64,000 nucleotides of DNA from the NCBI RefSeq assembly GCF_009914755.1, contig NC_060931.1. One strand, written 5' to 3'. Positions 16,461 through 35,510 of this stretch are shown here, piece after piece. The translations under genes and the position numbers were made by a program. Origin of the DNA: the human T2T-CHM13v2.0 reference genome, Homo sapiens. Below the pieces are notes generated by a model. The model saw only the letters and a list, made by a program, of their open reading frames with translations, was not told where the DNA came from and did not search any database. Numbering within the stretch: position 1 is the first letter of the stretch; every line of letters begins with the position of its first letter.

Positions 16461-18606
16461 ACAAAAAATTCACTAAATACTCCCTACAAAGAACCTTTTT
16501 AAAGACACCAAAGCTAAAATATGAGGCCACAGTTCCCAGAAAGAAGGGAATGGAAGAGCAGAGAGTTCAGTTCACTCTTTGGCTCCACTTTTCCCCTCAT
16601 GGCATTTGCCAATTTGAAAGTGGAAGACAAGAGGCTAAGAAGCTGAAGGGCTCTGGACAGCCTCTCAAGACTGGGGAAATAAAAACTGGAATTCAGAAAT
16701 ATCGAAGAGAAGCCCTGGTAAATACTCCAAACTCTTGAGTTGGGACCCAGTGAAGGAAACAAGAAATATACCACTCCTTAAAAAGACTGATACGTTAGGC
16801 CACAAAATAAGTCTTAATAAATTTTCAAAGACTGAAATCATATAAAACATCTTTTCTGATCACAATTAAATAAAACTAGGAGTCAACAGCAAAAGGGAAA
16901 CTAGAAATTTCCCAAATATGTGGAAATTAAACAACATACTCAAAAAACCAATGGGTCAAGGAAGGGAAATCAGAAAACATCTTCAGACAAATGAAGATGT
17001 TTCTTGACTTGGGTGGTGGCTAAAAGGACATCCACATATAGTAATTCACTAAGTTATACATTTGTATTGTGTTTCTGTGTTTATGTTTAGAAAATAAAAC
17101 AGAACAAAAACCCCAATGTTGCATATTAAACTGAACTAGTATAAAATCTAGTATAAAACTGAACTAAACTGAACTAGTATAAGAACACAACATACCAAAA
17201 CTTATAGAATGCAGCAAAAACTGTGCTAAGAGGAATAAAATGTATAACTGTATATATGCTTACATTAAAAAAGAAAAAAGGTCTCAAATCAACAACCTAA
17301 TTTTATGCCTTAAGGAGCCAGAAAAAGAACAAACTAAATCCAAAGCTAGCAAAAAGAAGGAAATAATAAAGATTTAGGGCAAAGATTAACAAAATAGATA
17401 GGAAAATCAAGGGAATGCTACAAAAAGATCAACAAGGTCAGTCCCGGCAGCCACAGTCACTGGCCGCCCCTCTGCCAACAGCTCCAGCACTACCTTGGGC
17501 CAGCATCTCTGGCGGGCAGAAGTAAGGCACTGACAGGCACAGCAGAGAGGTCCTGTAGCTCTGGCTCAGACAGCAGCATCTTCACTCTCTGTGGTACCCA
17601 GGTGCTCTGAGAATGTTTCCACTGCTGCTCTGAGGGCACAAGAGGCAGGATTTGGAATTCCTGGAGAACTGTCTTTGTGAGAAGCTGGAAATATTTCTTT
17701 CAATTCCATCTCTTAGTTTTCCATTTTGTTGTGTTTCAGAGGAACATCAAGAAACCATGAAGAGTTTAATAATGAAGAGTTTCACTGCCACTTGCTTCCT
17801 TGATGAAGGTTTTACTGCCAAGGACATTCTGGACCAAAAAATTAATGAATTTTCTTCTGATGATGATTAGGATGCCTTCTATGTCATGGACCTTAGAGAC
17901 ATTCTAAAGACACATCTAAGATAGTTAAAAGCTCTTCCTCATGTCACCCCCTTTTATGCAGTCAATTATAATGACAGCAGAGCCATCATGAAGACTCTTG
18001 CTGCCATCGGGACAGGATTTGACTGTGCTAGCAAGGCTGAAATACAATTGGTGCAGATTCTGGGGATGCCCCCAGAGAGGTTTATGTATGCAAATTCTTG
18101 TAAACAAATGTCTCAAATTAAGTACACTGCCAATAATGGAGTCCAGATGATGATTTTCGGTAATGAGGTCAAGTTGATGTCAGTTGCCAGAACACACTCA
18201 AAGCAGCCCGTCACATCAGTGTTAAATCTGGTGCCATGCTCAAAGCCAGCAGGCTTCTTTTGGAATGAGCAAAAGAACTAAATATTGATGTCACTGGTGT
18301 CAGCTTCCATGTAGGAAGTAGCTGTACCAATCCTGAGACCTTCATGCAGGCAGCCTCCAATGTCCACTGTGTCTTTGACACGGGAGTTGAGTTTGGTTTC
18401 AGAATGTAACTGCTTAATACTGGCAGTTGCTTTCCTGGATCTGAGGACGTGAGGCTTAAATCTGAAGTATTACCAGTGTAATCAACCCAGCATCAGACAA
18501 GTATTTTCCACCAGACTCTAGAGTGAGAGTCACAGCTGAGCCAGGCAGATATTTCATGTGGCATCAGCTTTCATTGCCAAAAAAATCATATTAAAAGAAC
18601 AGACAG

Positions 18607-18966
<360 letters not shown>

Positions 18967-19450
18967 TTACATGAATGATGAAGTATATGGATCATTTAAT
19001 CAATCCTTTATGATCATGCACATGTAAAGCCCCTGCTGCAAAAGAGACCTAGATCAGTGAGAAGTATTATTCATCCAGTATATGGGAAGAACATGTGATG
19101 GCCTTGATCAGATTGTTGAGCACTGTGATCTGCCCAAAATATATGTAGGTAATTGGATGCTCTTTAAAAACATGGGCGCTGACACTGTTGCTGCTACTTG
19201 TACTTTTAATGGATTCCAGAGGCCAACAATCTACATGTGATGTCAGGACCAGCATCGAAACTCATGCAGTGTATCTAGAAGCACGATCTCCCACCCCAAG
19301 TAGAGGAACAGGACATTAGCATCCTGTGTCTTCTGCTTGGGAAAATAGAATGAAACATCAATCAGCAACTTGTGCTTCTGCTAGTATTAATATGTAGATA
19401 TCACTCTTGTAATTGTTAACCATGAGTCCAGCTTGAATTAAGGGATTTCG

Positions 19451-19692
19451 TAAGAGTTGGGTTCGCATGGACATGGCAATATGGAAGACTAGGATATGGG
19501 TCACACATTATTTGTGTTACTATGGAAACTATTTAAATATTTGTTTTATATGGATTTTTATTCACTTTTCTTAAGAGTTGGGTTCATACGGATGTGGCAA
19601 TATGGAAGACTAGGATATAGGTCACACATTATATATGTTCCTATGGAAACTATTTAAATATTTGTTTTATATGGATTTTTATTCACTTTTCT
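19451..19692 (+). repeat. 121-bp x2 tandem duplication in the ODCP 3' UTR
   Basis: Copies at 19451-19571 and 19572-19692, with 9 substitutions by manual count. Confidence 0.95.
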
Positions 19693-19848
19693 GATATGCT
19701 ACTCAAGAGTGCCCCTTGGCTGCTAAGCAAGCATCTGTAGCTTGTACAATGGCGGAATGGGCCAAAAGCTTAGTATTGTGACCTATTTTAAAAGTAAAGT
19801 ATTTCAAAATTAACAACAACAACAACAAAATTGACAAAGCTTAAGCTA

Positions 19849-20157
<309 letters not shown>

Positions 20158-22505
20158 CTATGTCAAAAAAGAAAGAAAGAAAGAAAGAAATAAGAGGATT
20201 TAAATAACTAATCAGAAATAAAAGTCAGGATATTACTACCAATTTTACAGAAATAAAAAGGGTTATAAAAAGTATTATGAACAAATGCAAGTGAACATAT
20301 TGAATAACTTACATGAAATAAACAAATTCCTAGAAAAATAACCTAACAAGACTAAATCATGAAGAAACAGAAAATCTGAACAGACCTATAACTTGCCAAG
20401 AGATTAAATCAGTAATGAAAAACTTCCCAATGAAGAAAAGCCCAGGACCAAATGGCTTTACTGGTGAATTCTACAAAACATGTAAAGAAATAACATTAAT
20501 CCTTTTCAAACTCTTTCCAAAAACTGAAGAGGAAAGAACACTTTCTACTCATTCTATGAGACAAGCATTATTCTGATACCAAAGCTAGATGAAGAAACAA
20601 GAAAAGAAAATTACAGACTAATAATATCCCTTATGAATAGTAATGCAAAAACCCTCGATAAAATACCAACAAATGGAATTCAATAGCATATTTTTTCTCA
20701 ATTTTTAAATTTTTATTTTCAAAATTTTAAATTTAGAAATGGGGTGTTGCTATGTTGCCCAGATGGGTTTCGAGCTCCTGGCCTTAAGCAATCCTCCTGC
20801 CTCAGCCTCCCAAATAAGTCAGATTACAGGCATGAGCCATCACGCCTGGCTTTTCAACAGCATATTGAAGGGATTATACATCATCATCAAGTGGGATTTA
20901 TACCTGGAATACAAGGGTGGCTCAACATATGAAAATAAATGTAATCCACCACATTAACAGAATGAAGAAGGAAAAGACATGGTCATCTCAATTTATGCAA
21001 AAAAAGCATCTAACAGACTTTGACACCCTTTCATGATAAAGACACTCAACAAACCAGGAAGGAAACAACTTCAAAGTAATAAATGCCATATATGCAAAAA
21101 CCAACAGCTAACATCACACAACAGTGAAGACAAAAAGCTTTTCAAAACTGTAAGATCAGGAACAAGACTAGGATATCTACTGTTGCCACTTCTATTCAAC
21201 ATAGTGTTCGAAGTTCTAGCCAGAGCAATTAGGCAAGAAAAACAAAGGACATCTAAATTGAAAGGAAGATGTAAAATAATCTCTGGTCACATATAATGTA
21301 AGATCATTCAACATGATCTTACTTGTAGAAAACCCAAAAGATTCCATAAGAAGACTGTTAAGACTTAATAAATGAATTTGGCAAAGTTGCAGGTCACAAA
21401 ATTAACAGATTAAAATTAGTTGCTTCTACATACTAACAATGAAAAATCTGAAAAGAAATAATTCCATTTACAATAGAATAAAAACGAATAAAATACTCAG
21501 GAATAAGCTTAACCAAGGAGACAAAAGACTTGTATACTGAAAATTACAAAACATTGCTGAAAGAAATTAAAGATGACACCAATAAATGAAAGACATCTCA
21601 TGTTCACAGACTAGAAGACTTAATATTGTTAAGATTTCAGTACTACCCAACATAATCTACAGATTCAATGTAACCTTCACCAAAATCTCAATGACGTTTT
21701 CTGCAAAAAATGGAATTGTTTCCTTCACATGGAATCTCAAGAGACCCCAAATAGCCAAAACAATCTTAAAAAAGAATAATATTGGAGGTCTCATACTTCT
21801 AATTTCAACACTTATTACAAAGCCATAGTAATCAAAACAGTATGGGTACTAGCATAAAGATGGACACACAGACCAATATAATGGAATAGACCCAGAAAGA
21901 AACCCTCCTGTAAAGGATTCAAATGATCTTTGTCAAGGGTGCCAAGACTACACAATGGTGCTACGAAAACTGAATATTCACCTGAAAAAGAACAAAGTTA
22001 GTCCCTTATATCACATATAAAAGTTAACTCAAAAAGGACTAAAGACCTAAACGTAAGACCTGAAACTATAAAACTCTTAGAAGAAAGCCTAGGGGAAAAG
22101 CTTCATAATCATTGCAATTGACAGTGATTTCTTGGATGACATTTCTGGAATAAATATTTATCCAAAGAAGATATACAAATGGTTAACAGGCATATGAAAA
22201 GATGCTCAACATCACCAACCATAGGGAAAGGCATATCAAAGCCACAACAAAATATTACCTCACACCCAATAGAATGACCACTATCCAAAAAAACGAAGCA
22301 AAAAAACCTCAGAAAATAATATGTGTTATCAAGAATGTGGAGAAACTAGAACCCTTTGCATCACTGGTGGGAATGTAAATGGTGTAGCTACTATGGAAAA
22401 GGGGATGGAGGCTCCTCAAAAAATTAAAAATAGAACTACCATATATTCCAAAAATCCCAGTTCTGGCTATATATCTAAAAGAACTGAATATAAAATCTCA
22501 AACAG

Positions 22506-25250
<2,745 letters not shown>

Positions 25251-27189
25251 TGGATTTGTTTTTTAATATCATCATCATAAAAGAAAAAAAAATACCCAGG
25301 TAACTAGAGACATAACAACCAAAAGAAAAGCATTACCCTTGAAGGATCCTAGATTAGAGAAAATAAAATTTTAGAAAGCTTGAAATCTATAACTAGAGCA
25401 ATTAGGAAAATTTGAATACAGACTGATAATACCATCATATCAATGTCAAATTTCTTGAGAGTGACAACATTTTAGTTTATTTTAGAAAAATGTCCTTGTT
25501 CTTACAAGATACAAGTGGAAAAGTTTAAGGAGTAGGGCATTATAAGGTGTATTTCTAAAAGGTTAAAAGAAATAAAGTTGGAAAAAATGAATAGCTGATT
25601 AATATATGCAAAGACTTAGAAGACAAAACTGGAGAATTTCCATTAATAAATGGAATATATAAAAAAGAATTAAAAGGAAATTCTGGAAGTAAAAAAATAC
25701 GGTAACTGAAATTAAGAACCATTAGAAAAGGCCAAACAGCAAATCAGACAACTGAAGAATTATAGATTGCTATGCTTGATAACAGGTCAATAAAAAACAA
25801 AAAGACTGAAGCACAAAGTCAAAAAAAGGATAGAAGGTAAACAATGAGAAGAATGCAAGTGACATGTGGGACACAGTGAAAAAGGCTAAGACACATATAA
25901 TTGAAATCCTAGCAGGAAAAGAGAAAACAGAAATCAGGAATGAATGAAGAACAATGGAAAAGCAGTGAAGTATATGGGTAAATCCAATTAACACTGATTA
26001 TATAAAGCAATAATATCTTGTGGTATTTAAAATATATGAAGAATAAAAATGCCTCAGAAGAGTTCCACATCCACCTAAGATATATAATGACAGAAACAAT
26101 ACTGCTTTCCGTAAGTTAACAATACACGAAAGCAAATAAACTACAAAATAACCTTGCTTAAATGCATCAGAAAGTTGAGGTCTTAGGGCAACCAAGTTGA
26201 CTGAAATCTAAGGACAGACCTCTAACAAGGAAAATGAAGGCAAGCACTGGCTCATCTACGACAGGACAGAGGAAGAAATTCAGGGCACCTGGCAACCAGC
26301 TCATAAAAATTCTGCTAACACTTCTAACAAATTGAGAAAGGCTGCATGTGGGCTAGGATGAGCATATAGAACCCCTGGGACTCGCAGACACAAGCAGAAC
26401 TCACAGTCACCCAGCAGATCACCTTCGCAGACCAGATACTCAAGAGAAAGACTGGGGGTAGGGCAGAAGACCACCTCCTTTGGTGGTGCAGTCCTGGAGG
26501 AGGGGAAGAGCCTCTGTTGCGAAAAAGCACAAAAATCTCTGACTGAACCCTTCCCTGAACAAAAGCCTTAGGCTACGGGGAGGGGGCAGCAAAGCATGTC
26601 ACCCTCAAAGTACAGGTTAAGACTCACTGCAGTTGCACTAAGCGTAAAAGAAAAACCTCTACCCCTAGGGGACAGGCATAAAACAGTCTTGAGCCTATAA
26701 TAATACTACCAACACCATGAGAGGTCTCCTACCACTGAGAGAAGGGAAAAAAAAACTATTTTGCACAATACCTGCCAGATGCAAGGCAAAGAATGAATGA
26801 CACAAGAAAAACTAGGATCACTGAGGCCGCCCTACCAGAGAGAATGGCAGACAACAGAAATGCTAAAGACTAGGGTAGACCAGGGCAACAGAGAATGTTA
26901 CTCCCCCAAATAAGCAAACAAATTCTAAATATATCATACTCAAACTCCTGAAAACCAGAGATAAAGAGAAATACTGAAGGGAAGCAGAGAAAAAGGACAC
27001 ATTAAATACAGAGGAACAAAAGTAAAAAGCTAGAGCAGACTTCTTGTCAAGAATGAGGATGCCAGAAGACATGGAGAGGTAGAGCTAAAAAATGGGAAGA
27101 AAAAAAGGAAAGAATTCTAAAGCCAATGAAACCATATTTCTAAAATGAAAGCATTCGACACCAAGAACCCAATTTAAAAATGGACAAAG

Positions 27190-27854
27190 CAAAAAATAAC
27201 AGATGCTGGTGAGGTTGCAGAGAAAAAGAAATGCTTACACACTGTTGGTGGGAGTGTAAACTAGTTCAGCCATTGTGGAAAGCAATGTGGCGATTCCTTG
27301 AAGAGCTAAAAACAGAACTACCATTCGACCCAGCAATCCCATTACTGGATGTATACCCAAAGGAATATAAATTGTTCTATCATAAAGACACATGCATGCA
27401 AATGTTCACTGCAGCACTATTCACAATAGCAAAGACATGGAATCAACTTAAATGCCCAACAACAGTGGACTGGATAAAGAAAATGTGGTAGATATGCACC
27501 ATGGAATACTATGCAGCCATAAAAAAAGAATGAAATCATGTCCTCTGCAGGAACATGGATGGCGCTGGAGGCCATTATCCTTAGCAAATTAACACAGGAT
27601 CAGAAAACCAAATACCACATGTTCTTATTTATAAGTGGGAGTTAAATGATGAGAACACATGAACACAAAGAAGACAGACACTGGGACTAACTGGAGGTAA
27701 GAGGTTGAGAGGAGGGAGAGGATCGGAAAAAATAATTAATGGGTCCTGGGCTTAACACCTGGGTAACAAAATAATCTGTACAACAAACCCCTATGACACA
27801 GCTTTACCTATACAACAAACCTGCATGTGTATCCCTGAACCTAAAAGTTTTTTT
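27190..27854 (+). mobile_element. Younger L1 3' fragment (L1PA/PB-like) inserted into an older L1 (~27150-29260)
   Basis: HCWWECKLVQPLWK zinc-knuckle peptide; TSD aaaaatggacaaag at 27176-27189 and 27855-27868. Confidence 0.85.
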
Positions 27855-28132
27855 AAAAATGGACAAAGAACTTGAATAGACATTTCTCCAAAGATACACG
27901 AATGGTCAAAAAGCATACGAAAAGATGCTCAACATGATTAGCCATCAGGAAATGCAAATCAAAACCACAATGAGATATCACTTCATACCCACCAGGATGG
28001 CTATAATCAAAAAGACAGACAACAACAAGTACTAGTGAATATGCAGAAAAACAGGAACCCTTATACACTGCTGGTAGGAGTGTAAAATGGTACAGCCATT
28101 TTGAAAACAGGATGCCATTCCTTGAAAGGTTA

Positions 28133-28425
<293 letters not shown>

Positions 28426-31400
28426 CTAAAAAAAAATAAATAAATAAGAGTTATCATATAATCCAAAAATTTCAACAGCACTTGTACATGAATGCATTAT
28501 AGCACTATTCACAAACGATAGCCAAAAAGTGGAAACAGTCCCAATGTCCACTGACCAATGAATGGATAAGATGTGGTATATATGTTGAATGGAATACTGC
28601 TCAGCCATAAAAAGGAGTGAAGTAATAATATATACTATAACATGGATGAACCTTGAAAACATCATACTAACTGAAAGAAGACAGTCACAAAGGATCATGA
28701 ACTATATGATTCCATTTATATGAAATATCCAGAATAGGCAAAACTCTAGAGACAGAAAGTAGATTAGTAGCTGCCTAGCAATGAGGTGGGAGGTGGCAGG
28801 CCAAGGGGTACAGGTCTCTTTCTGGTATGATGAAAATGTCCAGCTGGGCATGGTGGCTCACGCCTGTAATCCCAACACTTTGGGAGACCGAGGCAGGTGG
28901 ATCACTTGAGGTCAGGAGTTCAAGACCAGCCTGGCCAACACGGTGAAACCCCGTCTCTACTAAAAATACAAAAATTAGCCGGGCGTGGTGGTGCACACTT
29001 GTAATCCCAGCTACTCAGGAGGCTGAGGCAGGAGAATCACTTGAACCCAGGAGGCAGATGTTGCAGTGAGCCAAGGTCGTGCCACTGCACTCTAGCCTGG
29101 GCAACAGGGCGAGACGCCATCTCAAAAAAAAAAAAAAAAGAAAATGTCCAAAACTTGATGGATAAAGAAATCTCTATATTAAAAACCATTAAACGGTATA
29201 CTTTAAATGAGTGAAATGTAGTTGTGTGAACTATATTTCACTAAAGCTATTTTTTAAAAAACAGGCAAAACAAATCTGTGGTGATGTAAGTCAGAATAGT
29301 GGTTATGGGAGGGGAATGATTTACTGGGAAGAGGCATTCAGGTATCTGCTAGAGTAATAGAATGTACTATGCCTTGATGTTATTTGCGATTACTTAAAAT
29401 ATACATATAAGAAAAAAATTGAGTTACACACTTAAGATGGTGCACTTTATGTAAGAAAATTACCTCTCGTTAAAAAAATTATTTTTCTGCAAGTTGGAAA
29501 TTGCACCTTTTAATGCTCATTATGTTATTATCTAGTTTGGGTTTTTTTTTAACCTAAACTATGGATGGCAGCTATATGAATTTCTCAGGACAATGCTATG
29601 GGAAATTAGTCTTAGAAAAATCATTGACTTACTCTTGTGCAAATGTATCAAGTAGAAGCAAAAGGAAGGCACTATCTTCTAAATTCAAGCACCCTTATTT
29701 ACTTTGATACTGTCTTACCCACTGGTCAAATGCACTTCTCCTTTCAAATACTGTATTAGTTTTTTCAGAATAATAACTAAATATGAGAGTGACCCCTAAA
29801 GAATCATTTGGCAAACTTGGGTATCAAGGCTACTGCTAAGTACATCGTCAACGAAAAATCACCCGTGATGACATTGCCCATACTAAATGTTAAGGGTCAT
29901 AATTATCACTTTATTTTGAATTCCAGGAGAGTTTAAGAATTGTTGACATCCAGCCAGGCATGGTGGCTCACACCTGTAATCCCCGAGCTTTCAGAGGCCT
30001 AGGCAGGAGGCTTGCTTAAGGCCAGGTGTTCAAAACCAGCCTGGAGACAACATAGCAAGATCCTGTCTCTAAAAAAAATTTAAAAATCAGCCAGGCATGG
30101 TGTACTTGTAGCCCTAGCTACTCAGGAGGCTGAGGCAGGAGGATTGGTTGAGCCCAGTAGCTGGAGGCAGCAGCGAGCTACGATCACACCACTGCCCTCC
30201 AGCCTGGGTGACAGAGTGAGATGCTGTCTCAAAAAAGAAAACAAAATGAAATCTTGTTTTGGCTACTGAGTCATAAAGAAAATTCAACCAAATCCTGATA
30301 CCCTACAAACTACAGTACATTGCTCATTGTTCTTCCCCTCTGCTAAACAGCAGAAAAAAGGAAGGGAAGGAAGAGAATCAAGGAAGGAAAAGGGATTCTT
30401 TATAAGGAGAGAATAAAGCACTTACACTTCATAGGACTTTCTAGCCACAGATGCCAGGTGCTACCCACTGAAATCCAGGCTTGGACTAAGCTCCACATTT
30501 CTGAAAGGACCATCTCAACTGAAGCCTGGGGCTCAGAGTCAGCAGGAGGAAGCTGCAGCTCCCACTAGCAGCACATTTCAAAGAGGCTGCAACAAGAGAA
30601 CATTTTCCATTTAAGCATCTAATTCCAATCTTCCATTTCACAAAGCAGTAGCAGAACAGGCCTTTATATCAGTCTTTTCAAAAGATATTTCCATGACTAT
30701 GTGATGAATATGAGGCAGGCTATGGCCCAGCAATCCTTTCACTAACATGCTCTAAGCCCTTCATTATACTTCACAGCAGATCCTAAAGTACTTGCTCCCT
30801 TTTTTGTTTAATGGTGCACTGTTGCTCCAAGACTCACTTCTATACTAACATTTCTAAAACTGCCAAATCAACCAAAATCACTGAGCAGGCCCTCAACAAT
30901 GCAAGCACACACCCAGACAGGCGCCTAAGGACTCATTAGCTGCCAAGAATTAGAAGCAGATTACAGCTGCTAGTTAATCCTACACAAAAACTCCTCAAAT
31001 TAAGCAGAATTACCTAAAATACTTCACTGAGTACCAAAGAGCTCTGGCAAATAGAAAATAAAGTTCTGGAAATACAGATAATTCAATAACACTTGAAAAG
31101 TAACATAAGTGTCAGGTTGCTGCATTTTTTAAGCATTTCGATGAGTGAACGATATTATTTACTAAATGAAGATTTTCAAAGATTTATAGTATATTGGGGA
31201 AAGTTCTGGGAAGGAAGACTACATCAGAACACAGAGTAAAAAGAACTCTTAAAAAGAAAACTACAAATCGGTCAAACAAAACAATATTTTAGATATATGC
31301 CCTGCAACCATGTGGTATAGAGCTAGAAAAGTCAGAATTTCCCATATCAAGAAAAAATCATTTTCATGAGACGGGTAAAGAAAGAACAAGTCTAATTTAC

Positions 31401-33634
31401 CTCAAACAGAAAAAGTAATTTTTTAAGTCATCAACTACCTTAACTTCTTTTATCTAATCCTTTATGAGAATTTTACAAAACGAGATAAATTGCTAGATTT
31501 GTTACAACAAATTACTTCTTGATAATTTTCTCGGACAGTGGGAAGAAAAATGGTTTGAAAGGATACTAATTAAGAAAAAAATAAACTGAGGGGCACATAA
31601 GATAACCATCACTACCTAAAAATATTTTTCAATATAACTTCTTTTGCAAGATGGCCTGAAACACAGAAACCAAGATGAAATCAAACTTAGCTAATATCTT
31701 CACCAAAGCAGTGATAAAACAACTCCCATCCTCCAAAAAAAAAAAAAAAATTGTAAAAGAAAAGTAATCATAAATCTCCTAGCAAGCTCCCAGATTCACA
31801 AAATACACTTGGGTATACATAAATATATTTTCTAGAAGCAAAAAAGTTCCCTTATAGAGGTAAGTTCAGTCAACTTACATTTTCACAGCCATCTCCATAA
31901 GAGCTAAATATATAATCAAAAGGAAAACAAGTATTTTCCTTAGGAGGAAAGATATTCGTAGCTAAAAACAATTACTTAAAAGGAAGGGTCAGGTGCAATG
32001 ACACACACCTGTCATCTCAGCACCTTGGGAGGCCAAGGTGGGAGGATCACCTGAGACCAGAAATTCTACACCAACCTGGGCAACATAGCAAGACCCAGTC
32101 TTTACAGGAAAAAAAAAAAAATTAGCAGGATGTGATGGTGCGCACCTTTGGTCTCAGCTTCAGGGGGTGGGGGTAGGGGACTGAGGTGGGAAGATCACTG
32201 AAGCCCTAGTTACAGTGAGCTGTGATCCTGCCACTGCACTCCAGACTGCGTGACAGAGTGAAACCCTATCTCTAAAATAAACTGAAATTGAATCAAAATA
32301 AAAGAAAGGAATCAATAAGGCCAATGACAGCACTGCACAGTGGGGTCTTCCCGGATTCTTCGAAATCCCAGAAGTTCTGAGACAAGCATTTTTAAATAAT
32401 CCTATATCATAATGACCTCTGACAAATGAATTTTGGCTGAACTACATAGTTGTTGGTCACACATAAGATGGTACTAAGATATCTTGCCCCAATTTTTTCA
32501 TGACAAGAATCCCTATCCAAAATAATAATCCTCAATTACCTATGAATGTTGGTATTAATCTCAAGAATGGCCCTGAAAAAGACAAATAAATTTAGATCCA
32601 TAAAGCCAACTTCAGTTGGGAATGACCAAGTCAAGCATTACTCGATAATCTTTTCACTGTGGGCCTTATTTATACTAGGCAGTCTTGCTTTAAAAATAGA
32701 AAATGCCAAGCTTGAAACCATTTCATTTGAAACAAATGGTTAGCCCATGCAAAGGCTTCCTGAAAGCCAAAATACAGAAAATTTATCTTCTTTCAACACT
32801 GGTCTCTATTTCTGCCTACCTGCTCAGTTTTATAACCCATATAAACCAGATGAGAATTCTATTGTACATACAAAGCATATGTTAACAGTGCTTAAGACTC
32901 AAATTTTTCAAACTTACATAAATGTAATATGTCTAACTTAAAGTATTGTAATAACGCATTAAAGTGGTAATTAAATCTCTGAATGCTTATTTATATAAAA
33001 GCATGTATATTTTCTTGAACCCCGACCTCAAGTGATCTGCCTGCCTTGGCCTCCCAAAATGCTGGGATTACAGGCATGAGCCACTGCGCCTGGCCTTTTT
33101 TAGTTTTTTTGTTTTTGAGATGGAGCCTTGCTCAAAACATCTATGTTTTCATGTCTAGTTCCAAATATATTCTCTTGCTTTGAAGATAACTGTTAAAATA
33201 TTACACTATGACTGAGACAGAAAATACAACTAGGAAGCAATGAACACAAAATAGAAAAAAGAATTGTGCTGTGGGCTTGAGAAAAAAATAAGTAAAAACC
33301 ATTATGCAAACTCTGTTAACAGAAAACCCACCAAAAGGAAAAATACTTGTTTTCTAATTTCATTTTGGATACTCTACCAGAAGAGGAAAATTAAATTAGT
33401 ACTTTTAAGAGTATGTACATAACAAACACTACAAAACTATCCCTTGTAGCAATACTGTTAACTTCCAGTAAAGAGAAATAAGGTTTATCTTAGAGGCTTC
33501 ACCTATACAGCTGTAAAAATACTCTCTGGTAACATTTCAGCACCATGGTACAAGTGAGGGAAATACAGGACAGGTAGTCTGAGTAATATCAACTTCCTAA
33601 GAAATAAATTTGTTTTTAAGTTTAACAGAGCTTA

Positions 33635-34431
<797 letters not shown>

Positions 34432-34880
34432 CTATAAAACCTACTTTCCATTTCCTCCATAAACATCAGTGCAATCAATCACTGTAAAAGAATGCTGAAG
34501 AAATATCTGAAAAACTTTGGAAAAACTATTGTAATTAGAAAATATAGTAGTACCCTGATAATTTTACATCCTAAATCAAACTATCAACTTTGGCCCAAGG
34601 CCTGGCAAGACAAGAAACTAATCAAAATATGGAGAAATGCCACCACATAACAGACTACCATGGCAACAGAAATACTGTCACAAAATCACAAACATAGACT
34701 CCAATACTTCAAAGACATGAAATGTTCTATATTTGTACCGTACAGTACTTGGAATGTGGGTAAGTGCAAATAAGAAACTGATTTTAGGCCGGGCGCAGTG
34801 GCTCATGCCTGTAATCCCAGCACTCTGGGAGGCTGAGGTGGGTGGATCACGAGATCAGGAGATTGAGACCATTCTGGCTA

Positions 34881-35109
<229 letters not shown>

Positions 35110-35510
35110 TTAATTTTAAGTTTAAATAGTCACACTAGACTGGTGGCTACTACATTGGATGACACAGCTACATTGGTACACTCTCTGGGAGAAAGATCTT
35201 TGGTTTTCATTATTTACATACTCCCAGTTTCTATCAGTGCAAGGCACAGAGTATTCCTAGACTGAACTCATCTACTGAAGTTGTATAGGAATATTTTCTA
35301 TTTTCTAGAAGGCTTTCCTTTCAAAAGCATGTTTTGACTGGAAGGTGCAAGCATAAGCACACACAAAAAATGCCTAAACTTTCAAGATAAATCAGTAATG
35401 ACCAGAGAAAAGCCAAAAACCCTAGGTTTTATAACCAGGCTAAAGAATCAATAAATTCCAAAAAGGAAAAGTACTAGCAAAGAAGTTTGAAGCTGATATT
35501 CCATGACCCA

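Noticed and set aside
19451-19692. Direct repeats here and at 61293-61350 as a CRISPR-like array
   Set aside because: Two abutting copies without spacers in a human locus; simple tandem duplications.
30250-31980. Repeat-poor intronic stretch with an AP-1 motif (TGAGTCA 30267-30273) as an enhancer
   Set aside because: A single short motif is expected by chance; it cannot be supported without chromatin data.
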